Counted from the stretch's first letter, positions 24,422 through 37,704 are shown. The stretch is 64,000 bases of DNA from Octopus sinensis (GCF_006345805.1 NC_043023.1:1984001-2048000), one strand, 5' to 3'. The notes: generated by a model from the sequence alone, not told the origin. Made by a program: numbers and translations.

Positions 24422-24773
24422 ATATACATACATACATATACATACATACATACATGTATAGATACATACATACATATATATATACATACATACATATACA
24501 TACATACACACATATATATACATACATATAAATACATACATATACATACATACATATACATACACACATACATACATACATACATATACATACATACATA
24601 CATATACATACATACATATATATATACATACATATATATATACATACATATACATACATACACACACATATATGTATATATACATACATATTAATACATA
24701 CATACACACACATATATATATATATATACAAACATATATATACATACATACATACACATACATACATACATAT

Positions 24774-24817
<44 letters not shown>

Positions 24818-25274
24818 CACACACGCATATATAAATATAAATATAAATATATGAAATATATATAAAAATTAGCAGAGAATGAAAAAAAGCCATAATTTCT
24901 GTGTCTTATTTTCTCCCAAATGTTAACTTACCATAATCTTTTCTCTCTTTTTTTTCTGGCTCTCTCTTATTTCCTTCGCTTTCTTTGTCGTTCATCTTTT
25001 CTTCCTCTGAAAGAGAAAGGAAAATGCTTCGTTAGAAGTTCAAGTGTAGAAAACTAAGGAATTCACAAAGTACGATGGCGTGGAGCAAGGAGATGTTCTC
25101 TTGCCTCTCTTATTTAAAGGTTCGGGTTTTGCTTTGAGATTTCTTTTTATTCTATTATTTTGTTTTGTTTTGTTCTGGGTTTTTTGTTTTGTTTTGTATA
25201 GTTTTGTTTTGTTTTTTTTTCCGTAAAAGGAAGCAAGAGTCACGGCTGTTCACTTAGAGAAATATCAGTGGTGA

Positions 25275-26335
25275 AATATCATGATGAAAATGGTGGTGGT
25301 GGTGGTGGTGGTGTTAGCAGTAGTAATGGTGATGGTGGTAGTGCTGCTGCTGATGATGATGGTGATGGTGGTAGTTATGTTGGAGGTGTTGGTTGTGGTA
25401 GTGATGGAGATAGTATGGTGGTGGTGGTTGTCGTGGTGGTGGTGATCATGATGGTGGTGGTGGTGCTGCTGCTAATGATAATGGTAATGGTGGTAGTTAT
25501 GTTGGAGGTTTTGGTTGTGGTAGTGGTGATGGAGATGGTATGCTGGTAGTTGTGGTGGTGATGATGATGATGGTGGTGGTGGTGCTGATGATGATGATGG
25601 TGATGGTGGTAGTTATGTTGGAGGTGTTGGTTGTGGTAGTGTTGATAGAGATGGTATGGTGGTGGTGGTGGTGATCATGATGGTGGTGATACTGCTGCTG
25701 CTGCTGATGGTGGTGGTGGTTATGTTGGAGGTAGTGGTTGTGGTAGTGGTGATGGAGATGGTATGGTGGTGGTGATGTTGGTACTGGTGATGATTGTGAT
25801 GGTGGTGGTAGTCGTGGTGATGGTGATCATGATGGTAATGGTGGTAGTTATGTTGGAGGTGTTGGTTGTGGTAGTGGTGATGGAGATGGTATGGTGGTGG
25901 TGGTGACAGTGATGGTGTTGGGAGTGGTGCCAGTTGCAGTGATGATGGTAGTAGAAGTAGTTGTGCTGGAAGTAGGGGAAGTGGGGTTTGTAATGATGTT
26001 GTGCTGGTGGTGGTGGAGGTAGGTGTGGTGGTGTTTGTAGAAGTGGTTATGATTGTGCTGGCAGTGGTGCTAGTGGTTGTAATGGTGGTTATAGTGGTAG
26101 CAGTGTTAGAGGTAGTGGCAGCAGTGGTTGTGGTGGTTGATGTGGTGATGGTGTTGGAGATGGTATGGTGGTGGTGGTGTTGGAAGTTGTGGTGATGGTG
26201 GTGGAAGTGGTTGCACTGGTAGTGGTGGTAATAGTAGTTGTAATGATGTTGGTGGTGATGGCATATGTAGTAGTGGTTATAGTTATGCTGGCGGTGGTGG
26301 TTGTGGGAATGGTTGTGGTGGTGATGGTTCTGTGT
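25275..26335. repeat. (GTG/GAT)n low-complexity tract with ~105-120-bp units
   Basis: Recurring gttatgttggaggtgttggttgtggtagtg. Confidence 0.9.
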
Positions 26336-26339
26336 TATG

Positions 26340-26668
26340 TGCCAGTGGCACGTAAAAAGCACCATTCGAGTATTTTCGTTGCCAGTGCCGCCTGACTGGC
26401 TCCTATGCTGGTGGCACATAGAAACCACTATTCAAGCGTGGTCGATGTCAGTAGCACCTGACTGGCCCCTGTGCCAGTGGCACGTAAAAAGCACCCACTA
26501 CACACTCGGAGTGGTTGGCATTAGGAAGAGCATCCAGCTGTAGAAACTTTGCCAGATCGAATTGGAGCCTGGTGCTGCCTTCTGGCTTGCCAGCCCTCAG
26601 TCAAACCAACAAACCCATGCCAGCATGGAAAGCAGACGTAAAATGACGACAATGATGATGATGATGAT
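26340..26668 (+). mobile_element. Family C element
   Basis: gccagtggcacgtaaaaagc units, standard family C tail and (GAT)n. Confidence 0.8.
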
Positions 26669-26670
26669 TT

Positions 26671-26728
<58 letters not shown>

Positions 26729-26777
26729 ATATATATCTATATATACATATATATATATATATTATATATTATATATA

Positions 26778-27052
26778 TATATGAATAAATGAAAGAATGG
26801 AGTCGAACGAAGATGTTAACAATATTCCTTTACTCTTGACACATGTTTCGAAGACAGCATATTTTTATTCCAAAGCATATTTTTATTCGTCTTGTGGTTG
26901 AGAGAGGCTCCTTATCTTTCCTGATGAGACGATTGCATAATGCACCCTTTATTCCTTCGGAATAAAAATATGCTGTCTTCGAAACATGTGTCGAGAGTAA
27001 AGGAATTTTGTTAACATCTTCGTTCGACTCCATTCTTTCATTTATTCATATA
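26778..27052. repeat. Hairpin with 94-bp arms (2 mismatches) and 87-nt loop
   Basis: 26778-26871 is the reverse complement of 26959-27052; (TA)n on the left. Confidence 0.95.
26910..27003 (+). ncRNA. Type I hammerhead ribozyme, canonical core
   Basis: Stem I CCUUAUCUUUC/GAGAGUAAAGG; CUGAUGA at 26921-26927; stem II GACGAUUGCAUA/UAUGCUGUCUUC; GAAA at 26981-26984; C-AUGU-G; GUC triplet. Predicted cut after 26992. Confidence 0.8.
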
Positions 27053-27618
27053 CAACACACAAATTTCTACACAAGAACCCAGAGTTTCTACCCTCGACAG
27101 GTCGCTTCAACCATGTTTTCTGACGTGAATTTGCTACCCAGGTTTCGGTTAAACGAATTTTCCATGCTGACGATAAACATAGGATAATTCATTCACCTAC
27201 TTAACTATATATATATATATATTGTTGGTTTCCTTGTCCTGTCTTTTACTGTTTTTATCTTTATTTGTACTGTTTTTTTCTTCATTTGTATTGCTTTTAC
27301 ATCCTGTTCTTGTCACCTTTTTTTACCCCTCCGCAAAAAAATTTTATTTAATTCATTTGCGGGAAGGTCTGTTTCAGTGTAGTCGTGTTCTGCCCTTACC
27401 TTCGAAACATGCATTGAGTCAAAACAGGGGCAGCTGAAGAAGGGGAATGTTCCCTCTGTTGTTTGTCTTGTACTCTGTTTTTTAGTTGTTAAAAAAAGTC
27501 CATTTCCTTGTTTTGTTTCTATGTTTTCGTTTCTCGTTGTGTTCTACGTTTATTTGTGATGTCCTGTACCCATATATGCATGTATATATACATATAGATG
27601 TAGGTTTGTACATATTAT

Positions 27619-28071
27619 TCTCTTACTTGTTTCAGTCATTTGACTGTGGCCATGCTGGAGCACCGCCTTTAGTCGAGCAAATCGACCCCGGGACTTATTC
27701 TTTGTAAGCCCAGTACTTATTCTATCGGTCTCTTTTGCCGAACCGCTAAATGACGGGGACGTAAACACACCAGCATTAGTTGTCAAGCAATGCTAGGGGG
27801 ACAAACACAGATACACAAACATATACACACACAAACATATATATATATACATATATACGACAGGCTTCTTTCAGTTTCCGTCTACCAAATCCACTCACAA
27901 GGCTTTGGTCAGCCCGAGGTTATAACAGAAGACACTTGCCCAAGATGCCACGCAGTGGGATTGAACCTGAACCATGTGGTTGGTTAGCAAGCTACTTACC
28001 ACACAGCCACTCCTGCGCCTATATGTATGTATATGTATGTATGCATATGTTTTATTTATTAAATTGTTATT

Positions 28072-28109
<38 letters not shown>

Positions 28110-28265
28110 GGCTTCTTTCAGTTTCCCTCAACCAAATCCACCCACAAGGCATTGGTCAGCCCGAGGCTATAGTCGAAGACACTTGCCTAAGGTGCCACAC
28201 AGTGGGACTGAACCTGGAACCATGTGGTTGGTAAGCATGTTACTTATCACAGCCATTCCTGTGCC
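27619..28265 (-). mobile_element. SINE family A full copy plus adjacent 5' half
   Basis: Full copy 27619-28020; second head ~28105-28265. Confidence 0.85.
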
Positions 28266-28471
28266 TATATTGGTAATTAGTAAGGGATTTCTCAAAACTT
28301 TACCAGTTTGCTTACAGTTAGGTATTCAAAATAGCTTATTCAACAGTTAGTATATAAATCTACTGATAATTCTTATATGATTAGAATTTAGAGATGTATT
28401 CCGTTGTATCATTCTAAATATATTACCTTTAACCATACAGGTTCATGGGGTATGTAACATCAACATCAATA

Positions 28472-28616
28472 ATAAGGATTATTTTGAAGTAGCTATTGCA
28501 TTACCCTTAATTAATGTTTATATAGAAATACAGCCCCAAATAGAATATTTGAGGCTGTATTTATATATAAAAAGGAATTAAAGGTAATGTTAATGCTTCT
28601 TCATAATAATCCTTAT
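28472..28616. repeat. Imperfect ~145-bp palindrome (MITE-like)
   Basis: aaatacagccccaaata-gaa-tatttgaggctgtattt at the centre; pairing extends to ataaggattatt/aataatccttat. Confidence 0.7.
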
Positions 28617-28633
28617 CATTATTACAGAATATT

Positions 28634-28670
<37 letters not shown>

Positions 28671-28696
28671 ATATTTATATATTTATATATATATAA

Positions 28697-29110
28697 AGGC
28701 ACAGAGTGGCTGTGTGGTAAGTAGCTTGCTAAACAACCACATGGTTCCGGGTTTCAGTCCCACTGCGTGGCCTCTTGGGCAAGTGTCTTCTGCTATAGCT
28801 CCGGGCCGACCAATGCCTTGTGAGTGGATTTGGTAGACGGAAACTGAAAGAAGCCCGTCGTATATATGTATATATATATGTATGTGTGTGTGTGTGTGTG
28901 TTTGTGTGTCTGTGTTTGTCCCCCTAGCATTGCTTGACAACCGATGCTGGTGTGTTTACGTCCCCGTCACTTAGCGGTTCGGCAAAAGAGACCGATAGAA
29001 TAAGTACTGGGCTTACAAAGAATAAGTCCCAGGGTCGATTTGCTCGACTAAAGGTGGTGCTCCAGCATGGCCGTAGTCAAATGCCTGAAACAAGTAAAAG
29101 AGTAAAAGAG
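28697..29110 (+). mobile_element. SINE family A, full length
   Basis: Head through tail gtaaaagagtaaaagag. Confidence 0.9.
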
Positions 29111-29544
29111 TATATAAAATTAGTGTATATTTATATACACAAAAGAGGTGAACTTAACAGGACACCTTACATGCTAAAAGGAGCAGTCAAATCTCAAACC
29201 ACGGATAAGAGTAATTTCAAAAGGGAAAAAAATAAAAACATTTCCAGTAAGTGCAAGAGTGGCTGTGTGGTAAGTAGCTTGCTTACGAAGCACATGGTTC
29301 CGGGTTCAGTCCCACTGCGTGGCACCTTGGGCAAGTGTCTTCTACTATAGCCTTGGGCCGACCAAAGCCTTACGAGTGTATTTGGCAGACAGAAACTGAA
29401 AGAAGCTCGTCGTATCTATGTATATATATGTGTGTGTGTGTGTGTATGAGTGTATGTTTGTGTGTCTGTGTTTGGGGGGACAAACACAGACACACGAACA
29501 TATACACACACACATACATACATATATATATATATTTTTTTATT

Positions 29545-29915
29545 ATATGTAGAAAAATACAAACTGGGACAAGAACGTAAAACATTTAGAAGACAATACA
29601 AAAAACACGGACGGGACATTCAAAGCCTTCAATCTTCAGTCAAGAACCTGATCATCCTAGCAATTTCGGCTGATTAATCTTGAGATCGCTCCGGTCCGGC
29701 CAGCCCCAAGGAATAACTAAGCTACGAGCAATAGATTTCTTGGAAAAAGGATCGAATGTATACGAAACAGGGACAGAAAAACGGATGATGCCACACAAAT
29801 ATAAAATACAAAAAACAATAATGAAATACAAAAAACAATAATGAAATACAAAAAACAATAATGATAAAAACAGGACGAAAACAGCGGGTGTCTTACGACT
29901 AATAACAGTACAACA
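29545..29915 (-). mobile_element. Unclassified interspersed repeat (family E)
   Basis: Reverse complement matches 55403-55525 (ttcttgactgaagattgaaggc..gtcccgtccgtgtttttt..gttcttgtcccagtttgtat). Confidence 0.6.
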
Positions 29916-30259
29916 ATATATATATATACATATATATGATGGGCTTCTTTCAGTTTCCGTCTACCAAATCCACTCACAAGGCTTTGGTCGACCCGAGGCT
30001 ATAGTAGAAGACACTTGCCCAAGGTGCCATGCAGTAGGAATGAACCCGGAACCATGTGGTTGGTAAGCAAGTTACTTACCACACAGCCACTTCTACGCCT
30101 ATGTCAGTAATTATCTGTAAAATTGCTTCTTTTGTCACATGAGTAGGCATAACCCCTTGATACCCACCCTAACTAATGCATGATATGCAATGGAGCACAT
30201 TATATGCACTTGGTAAGTATTGCAGTAAGAATCAAATTACGTAACATATATTAGATCAT

Positions 30260-30942
30260 ATGACAATGGTTATGATGATGCTGATGGTGGTGGTGGTGGT
30301 GGTGGTGGCGATAGCAATGATGCTCTTGCTGCTGCTCCCATTACTGCCACTAGTGGTGGTGGTGGTGATGGTGAGGAGGAGGAGGAGAGGAGGAGGAGGA
30401 GGAGGAGAAAGCGGAAGAGGATAGTGGTGGGGATGACAATGATAAGGATGATGTTGGTAGTGATTATGGTGGTGGTGGTGGTGGTGAGAAGGGGAGGAGA
30501 AGAAAGAGGAAGAGTCTGATGGTGGTGATGATGATGATGGTGGTGTTGGTGGTGATAATGATGGTGGTGGTGTTGGTGGAGGTGATGGTGGTGGTGGTGG
30601 TGATAATGATGGTGGTGGTGTTGGTGGAGGTGATGGTGGTGGTGCTTTGGTGGGGTGGGGTGGAGGTGATTGCGGTGATGGTGATGTAGATGGTGGTTTT
30701 GATGGGGTAATGGTGATGATGATGGTGGTGGTAAAACTGCTGCTGCAGATGATGACAGCGCTGTTAGTGACAATCAGAGCTGTACCAATGGTTACGCAGT
30801 TCATGGTAGTGGTGGTGGCAGTGGTATTGGCAGCAGTTGTCAAAATTGTAGTAATGGTGACAGTGTTAACAGTGGTGGTGGTCACCGTTGTCATTGTGAT
30901 AGTGGTGGTGGTGATAGCAGTAGTGGGTGGTAGTAGTAGTGG

Positions 30943-30976
<34 letters not shown>

Positions 30977-31162
30977 GTGGTAGTAGTAGTGGGTGGTGGT
31001 GGTAGTAGTAGTAGTAATGGGTGGTGGTGGTAGTAGTAGTAGTAGTTGTAGTCACTATGATATTGATGGTGGTGGTTATAGTGGTGGTGATGTCGGTAGT
31101 GCTGGTAGTAGTATGATTGTGATGGTAATGTTAGTAGGGGTGGTGATGGTGGTGGTGGTGGT

Positions 31163-31203
<41 letters not shown>

Positions 31204-32570
31204 TAGTGATAGTGTTCTTGTTGTGGTGGCAATAGTAGTAGTTATAGTTATGATGGTGATGTTGGTGTTGGTGTTGATGGTAGTGATTGCTCTAGCAGTA
31301 GTGATAGTGGTGGTGGTGGTGGTGGTGTTGATGGTAGAGATGGTAGTAGTAGTAGTAGTAGATTTATGCTTTAACTGTAATTGTAGCATTGACGATTGTT
31401 GTGTTTGTGGTCATTGCATGTACGATGCAGGCAAGGGGGTGGCATTCATAGTGATGATGGTTGTTTAGTGTAAAATGCAATCTCATCTGAAGAATATACC
31501 AATTCTTCAATAGGAACTTGTCGACTGTAGCAGACCAAAGGTCTTTGAACGGTTGAGAGCGTCACCTTGTTGCATAAGAGAATCTAATTTAGTAATTGCA
31601 AGTTAGGCTTCTCTTGTAGGAATTGGTAAAAGAGAGAAAAAAAGAATAATATTTTGCAGAGTGACAGTATGGGAATTGTGCAATTCTTGCAAAGATTGAC
31701 AGATGGATGCATCTGCCAAATTTATTATGGTGATGGTGATGGTAACGGTGGTGGCGGTGATGATGATTGTGGTGGTGGTGGTGATGGTAGTGGTGATAAT
31801 GATGATAGTGGCAGTGGTGAGTGTGATGCTGGCAATGTTGACATTTGTGGTGATTTTGGGGTTAGTTGTATTTGTTGTGATGGGGATGGAGTGGTGGATG
31901 TGATAGTAGGGATGATGGTTGTGGTGGTGGTAATGATGGTAATGATGGTTGTGATGAGGGTAATGATGATTATGATGATGCTGGTGATAGTGATGGTGAT
32001 GGTGACGATTGTGATGGTTTTGGGGTTAGTGGTATTTGTTGTGATGGGGACGGAGTGGTGGTTGTGATAGTAGGGATGGTGGTGGCAATGGTGGTGGTGG
32101 CAATGGTGGTGGTGACAATGGTGGTGGTGGCAATGGTGGTGGTGGTGGTAATGATGGTAGTGATGGTTGTGATGAGGGTAATGATGATTATGATGATGCT
32201 GGTGATAGTGATGGTGATAGTGACAATTGTGATGGTTTTGGGGTTAGTGGTATTTGTTGTGATGGGGACAGAGTGGTGGATGTGATAGTAGGGATGGTGG
32301 TGGTGGTGGTGGTGGTAATGATGGTAGTGATGGTTGTGATGAGGGTAATGATGATTGTGATGATGCTGGTGATAGTGATGGTGATGGTGACGATTGTGAT
32401 GGGGATGGTGTGGTGGCAATGGTGGTGGTGGTGGTAGTAATGATGGTAGTGATGGTTGTGATGATGGTAATGATGATTATGATGATAGTGATGATAATGA
32501 TGCTAGTAGTTGTGGTGATAGTAGTGATAATGATATCATCATCATCATCATTGTTATTATCATTATTATC
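30260..32570. repeat. Low-complexity (GTG/GTA/GAT)n tracts; ~174-bp units in 31850-32450
   Basis: Repeated gttttggggttagtggtatttgttgtgatgggga blocks; a short unique island at ~31370-31720. Confidence 0.85.
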
Positions 32571-32994
32571 ATTATTCCACTGTGGTCGACTTTGCCTTAC
32601 ATCTTTCCACGATCACAAAATAAGTACCAGTTGACTACTGGGGTCAATGTAATCGATTTTTCCCCACTCCCTAAATTGCTGGCCTTCTACCATAATTTGA
32701 AATCATTATTATTCTTGCTGTTGTTGTTTTTATTATTTGGATTGCAAAATGGCAGAATTGTTTGAGAGTTGCCAAAATTGCTGATGCAGAACACATTCCA
32801 TTTGCTTGGGTTTTGAGTTCAAATTTGACCAAGGTCAATTTGCCTGCCATGTTTTTAGGATCAATAAAATAAAGTATCAGTCAAGTGTTGGGATTAATAG
32901 AATCGATTATTTCCCTCCTGTAAAATTGCTGACCCAGCACCAAAATTTGAAATTATCATTATTGTTATTACTATTATCATTATTATTATTGAAT

Positions 32995-33343
32995 GGCGCT
33001 GGAGTGGCTGTGTGGTAAGTAGCTTGCTTACCAGCCACATGGTTCCGGGTTCATTCCTACTGCATGGTACCTTGGTCTTCTACTATAGCCTCGGGCTAAC
33101 CAAAGCTTTGTGAGTGGATTTGGTAGACAGAAACTGAAAAAAGCCCGTCGTATGTATATATATATATATATATATATAGGCACAGGAGTGGCTGTGTGGT
33201 AAGTAGCTTGCTTACCAGCCACATGGTTCCGGGTTCATTCCTACTGTGTGGCACCTTGGGCAAGTGTCTTCTACTATAGCCTCGGGCTAACCAAAGCCTT
33301 GTGAGTGGATTTGGTAGACAGAAACTGAAAAAAGCCCGTCGTA

Positions 33344-33378
<35 letters not shown>

Positions 33379-33773
33379 GCACAAGAGTGGCTGTGTGGTA
33401 AGTAGCTTGCTTACCAGCCACATGGTTCCGGGTTCATTCCTACTGCGTGATACCTTGGGCAAGTGTCTTCTACTATAGCTTCGGGCCAACCAAAGCCTTG
33501 TGAGTGGATTTGGTAGATGGAAACTGAAACAAGCCCATCGTATATATATGTATACATATATGTATGTATGTGTGTGTGTATCTATGTATTTGTGTTTGTT
33601 CCCCAACTTGACAACTGATGCTGGTGTGTTTACGTCCCCGTAACTTAGCGGTCCGGCAACAGAGACTGATAGAATAAGTACTAGGCTTACAAAGAATAAG
33701 TCCTGGGGTCGATTTGCTCGACTAAAGGCAGTGCTCCAACATGGCCACAGTCAAATGACTGAAACAAGTAAAA
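32995..33773 (+). mobile_element. SINE family A with tandemly triplicated 5' half
   Basis: Heads at 32995, 33178 and 33377 separated by (TA)n; only the third continues to the tail. Confidence 0.85.
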
Positions 33774-33774
33774 T

Positions 33775-34110
33775 TTTGCTGCATATGATGGGAAGTGTCA
33801 GCTGTCCCCAGCCAGCAGATTGTGACACTTATTTCCTGGTCATGCTTCAAGAACCCTGCAAAGAATTCTTGCTGTTCTAAGCAATGCTGGTTTTTGTAGG
33901 TGTTCTACTTTCACACATCCACTGATCTTTTTCCGCCATGCTGGTAATGGAGTGCTGATACTTCATAGTGCACTAATTACGATTGGTATCGCATCTACTC
34001 TCCTCATTGGTCACAACCTTCACATTTCCCATTTCAATTTGACATACTTGTTCAGTTTTTCTTCTTTCCTTTCATCCTGTTGTCACTAGGACATGCTGCG
34101 TTGATTTATT
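33775..34110 (-). mobile_element. 3' stub of a second R4/Dong-like LINE family
   Basis: Decayed RKEEKLNKYVKLKWE..IPIVISAL..HLQKPALLRTARIL plus 3' UTR, next to (ATT)n. Confidence 0.7.
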
Positions 34111-34144
34111 ATCATCATTCTTCTTCTTCTTCTTCTTCTTCTTA

Positions 34145-34196
<52 letters not shown>

Positions 34197-34671
34197 TATT
34201 TTTTTTTTTTTTATTATTATTAAGGCAGTGAGCTGGCAGAAACGTTAGAATGTCGGGCGAAATGCTTAGCGGTATTTCATCTGCCGCTACATTCTGAGTT
34301 CAAATTCCGCCAAGATCGACTTTACCTTTCTTCCTTTCGGGGTCGGTAAATTAAGTGCCAGTTACGCACTGGGGTTGATGCAATCGACTGAATCCCTTTG
34401 CCTGTCCTTGTTTGTCCACTCTATGTTTAACCCCTTGTGGGTAGTAAAGAAATAGGTATTTTGTCCATTTCACATTCAGAGCTCAATTTCTGCTGAGGTC
34501 AGCTTTGCCTTTCATCTTTTCAGGTTTGATCCATTAAATACCAGTGAAACACTGGGGTCGATATAATCAACTAGTCCCCTCCCCCAAAATTTCAGGCCTT
34601 GTGTCTTTAATAGAAAGGATTATTTTTATCTATATTATTTCATGAAAACTCTCAGATTATTTTGCTGGGTA

Positions 34672-34905
34672 AGATGGAAAGTATCAGCCGTCCACAGTCA
34701 GCAGACTAAGGTGATACTTGTTTACTGGTCATGCTCCAAGAACTCTGTGAAGAATTCTTGCAGTTCCAAGCAATGCTGATTTTTGTTGCCGTTCTTTCTT
34801 TATATTTATTCCAATCTCTTTGAGCCATGCTGTTAGTTGAGTGTTGATACTTCCAAATGCACCAATTACTATTGGTACCACCTCTACGCCCTTCATTGTT
34901 GTTCA
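34672..34905 (-). mobile_element. 3' stub of second R4/Dong-like family
   Basis: Homologous to 33775-34110 and 35150-35455 (ctggtcatgctccaagaactctgtgaagaattcttgc). Confidence 0.7.
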
Positions 34906-35149
34906 GTTTCTCAATGAGGATATCCCCCCCCCGCTTTGAAGAATTTTTGTTTTTATTGTTTGTTTTGTTAATTGTTTTTTGTTACTTATTGTATAGACGG
35001 CATTGTTCAACACCCCATTTGTCCTTTGTATTGTGTTGTCCCTATCTGTTTTGTGTTTGACCCTTGTGGCCAACAAAAGAAATTATTATTATTATTATTA
35101 TTATTATTATCATCACTACTACTACTATATGAAAACTCTCAGCTTAGTT

Positions 35150-35455
35150 TGCTTAGCAGACTAAGGTGACACTTGTTTACTGGTCATGCTTCAAGAACTC
35201 TGTGAAGAATTCTTGCAGTTCCAAGAAATGTTGATTTTTGTAGGCATTCTATCTTTCATTTTGTTCCAATATTTTTGAGCCATGTTGGTAGTCGAGTGCT
35301 GAATCTTCCAAGTTCACCAATTTCTATTGGTACCACATCTACTCTCCTCATTGACCCCAACCTTTCTATCTCCCACTTCAAATCCACATAGCTGTTCAGT
35401 TTTTCTTCTTTTTCTTTGATCCTGTTGTCACCAGGACATGCTATGTCAATTTATT
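35150..35455 (-). mobile_element. 3' stub of second R4/Dong-like family
   Basis: Same endonuclease C-terminus and UTR, flanked by (ATT)n. Confidence 0.7.
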
Positions 35456-35456
35456 A

Positions 35457-35500
<44 letters not shown>

Positions 35501-36048
35501 GAGTGGTAGAGCAGTGCATGCCATCAAAGTGACACTGGGGCAAAATACACGAAGCCCAGTATACTAATCATGACTACCCGTCTGATAAGGGTACACTAGG
35601 CACATGCATCACAACCATATGTGTGTGACATGGTGATCTCATATCAAGATAAACAGCACATGACCTTGCAGGTGGGGCCCAGTTAGAATTTTCTTCTGGT
35701 CGAATAGCCCATCCCGCTCAAAAGTTCCCTGAATAAGGATTGTTTAAAGATGTTGAATGAACCATCCATGTTTCCAAGGGTGAATTATCCAAACCTCCAA
35801 GAATTCCTTTCAACACATGGCTATGATGCTCCCCCACTACTTCTGCTCGTGATAAGAGATGTACATATCATCAATCACTAAGGGACATGCTCAACTGGTT
35901 AAGGTCAAACAACTGACAGGCAAATCTGTGGTATTGAGCAGAATATTTGCTGTAGGCCATCTTTTATACCAGGACAAAACAATGTACATGATAACATTTC
36001 CAATCAGTTAAGATCAGAAGCCATAAGAGCCACTGCCTGGTACTGCAT
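35501..36048. mobile_element. ~550-bp non-coding interspersed element, copy 2
   Basis: Collinear with 3583-4140; (ATT)n on both sides. Confidence 0.75.
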
Positions 36049-36067
36049 TATTATTATTATTATTATT

Positions 36068-37663
36068 CAGTAGTTTTATTTTTATAGCGTGCTTTCACTT
36101 CACTACCGAGCGCAGCTCTGTGTGCCTTGGGTATGTGCTGTGATTTGTTGTGATGCTCTGATGGTTATTGTATGGAAAGTGTTCTGCATAGGATGTGTGC
36201 AGTGCCTAGTAGTGCAATTTTCTGTATGTTATATGTGTTTGTAAGTCCTGGTGTTTTTGTTATGTATATAATATTCTTTTTTTATTTTCTCTTTCATTTG
36301 TGTGTGTTGTGTTTTATCTAGTTCATGGATTCCTAAGTATTTGTAAGTTTGGCTTTGGTCTAATTCTTTTATTTCATTGGTTTTATCTAGTGTGATGTTG
36401 TTACTCTTAACTAGTTTTCCTCTTTTCATGGTTACTTTGGCGCATTTTTCTCATCCAAATATCATATCTATTTCTTTGGTAAATCCATGAACTGTCTTTA
36501 ATAGTGTTTCCAGCTGTTTGTCATTTGCAGCGTATAGTTTTAGGTCATCCATATATAAAAGGTGGCTGATCATTTTGCCATAACATTTATATCCACATCC
36601 AGTTCTATTTAGCATATCAGATAGAGGTGACAGTGCCAAGCAGAAAAGGAGTGGAGAGAGCGTGTCTCCCTGGAATATTCCTCTTCTAATGGGGATGTCT
36701 TTGGTTTTCATGAGTCCCTCTTTTGTTTGGAGGTGTAGGACTGTTTGCCATTTATTCATAGAGTGCTCTATGAATTTTATGATTGTTGGTGCTAATTTGT
36801 TAATGGCTAGTGTTTCGAGGATCCATGTGTGGGGGATGCTATCAAACGCCTTTTTGTAGTCAATCCAGGCCATACTGAGGCCTTTCTTCTTTCTGTGGCT
36901 GTCTTCAGTTACGGCTTTATTAATCATTAGTTGATCTTTACAGCCATATGAGCCCTTGCGGCATCCTTTCTGCTCTTCTGGGAACAGTTTGTTTTCGTCC
37001 AGGTGCTTGTTCAGCCTTTGCGATATCACTGCAGTAAATGCCTTGAACATAGTAGGGAGGCAGGTTATTGGTCTGTAGTTTTCTGGTTTTGTTGTTTGAT
37101 TTGATTTGGGAATTAAGATGGTTTTCCCCTTCGTGAGCCATTCAGGCATTGTCTCTGGCTCTACTAGTATGCTGTTAAAGTTTTCAGCCAGCTTTTTGTG
37201 CATTCCTGTTAGATATTTCAACCAGAAGTTGGGGATCTTGTCATGCCCAGGTGCCTTCCAGTTGCTTAGTTTTTGCAGTGCCTGGGTGACCTCTTCAGTT
37301 GTTATGGGGGTCCAAAGTTGTTCAGATGCCGAGTTTGTTATTTTCATACTCCTTTTTTTTGGCTGTTCGTTCACCGACCATATTTCTTTCCAGAATTCTT
37401 CCAATTCTTCTGCAGTTGGTGCTGCAGTGACTTCTATTTTATTTTTGCCCAGTTCTTGGTAGAACTTTTTGGGGTCGGAGCTGAACTTTTTGTTCTGTTC
37501 AAAGAAGCGTTGGCGTTTCTCGTACCGGCGGATCCTTTGAGCTTTGGCAAGGATATCTTGCTTCAGCTTTTCTTTTATCTCCGGCAAATCTTTTTCTGTG
37601 ATGTTATATTTGCGGAGCATTTTTCTTCTCTTTTTGTTGCTCAGTAGCGTTGCTTGTTTGCTG
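36068..37663 (-). mobile_element. R4/Dong-clade non-LTR retrotransposon, 5'-truncated, internal deletion at ~36267
   Basis: Open RT frame: WKAPGHDKIPNFWLK, ENYRPITCLPT, EQKGC, WIDYKKAFDSIPH, RGIFQGDTLSPLLF, LLYMDDLKLY. 3' UTR matches 58915. (TAA)n on both sides. Confidence 0.92.
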
Positions 37664-37664
37664 A

Positions 37665-37704
37665 TTATTATTATTATTATTATTATTATGATTATTATTA
37701 TTAC

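Noticed and set aside
27340-27460. Hammerhead-like pieces (GAAGGT/ACCTTC-GAAAC-ATGCAT and a downstream CTGAAGA)
   Set aside because: The upstream core reads TTGCGGGA and no valid stem I or NUH site forms in either topology; at best a decayed copy.
31600-31635. 6-nt microexon candidate (cttctcttgtag GAATTG gtaaaa)
   Set aside because: Weak donor, and several AGs lie between the putative branch point and the acceptor.
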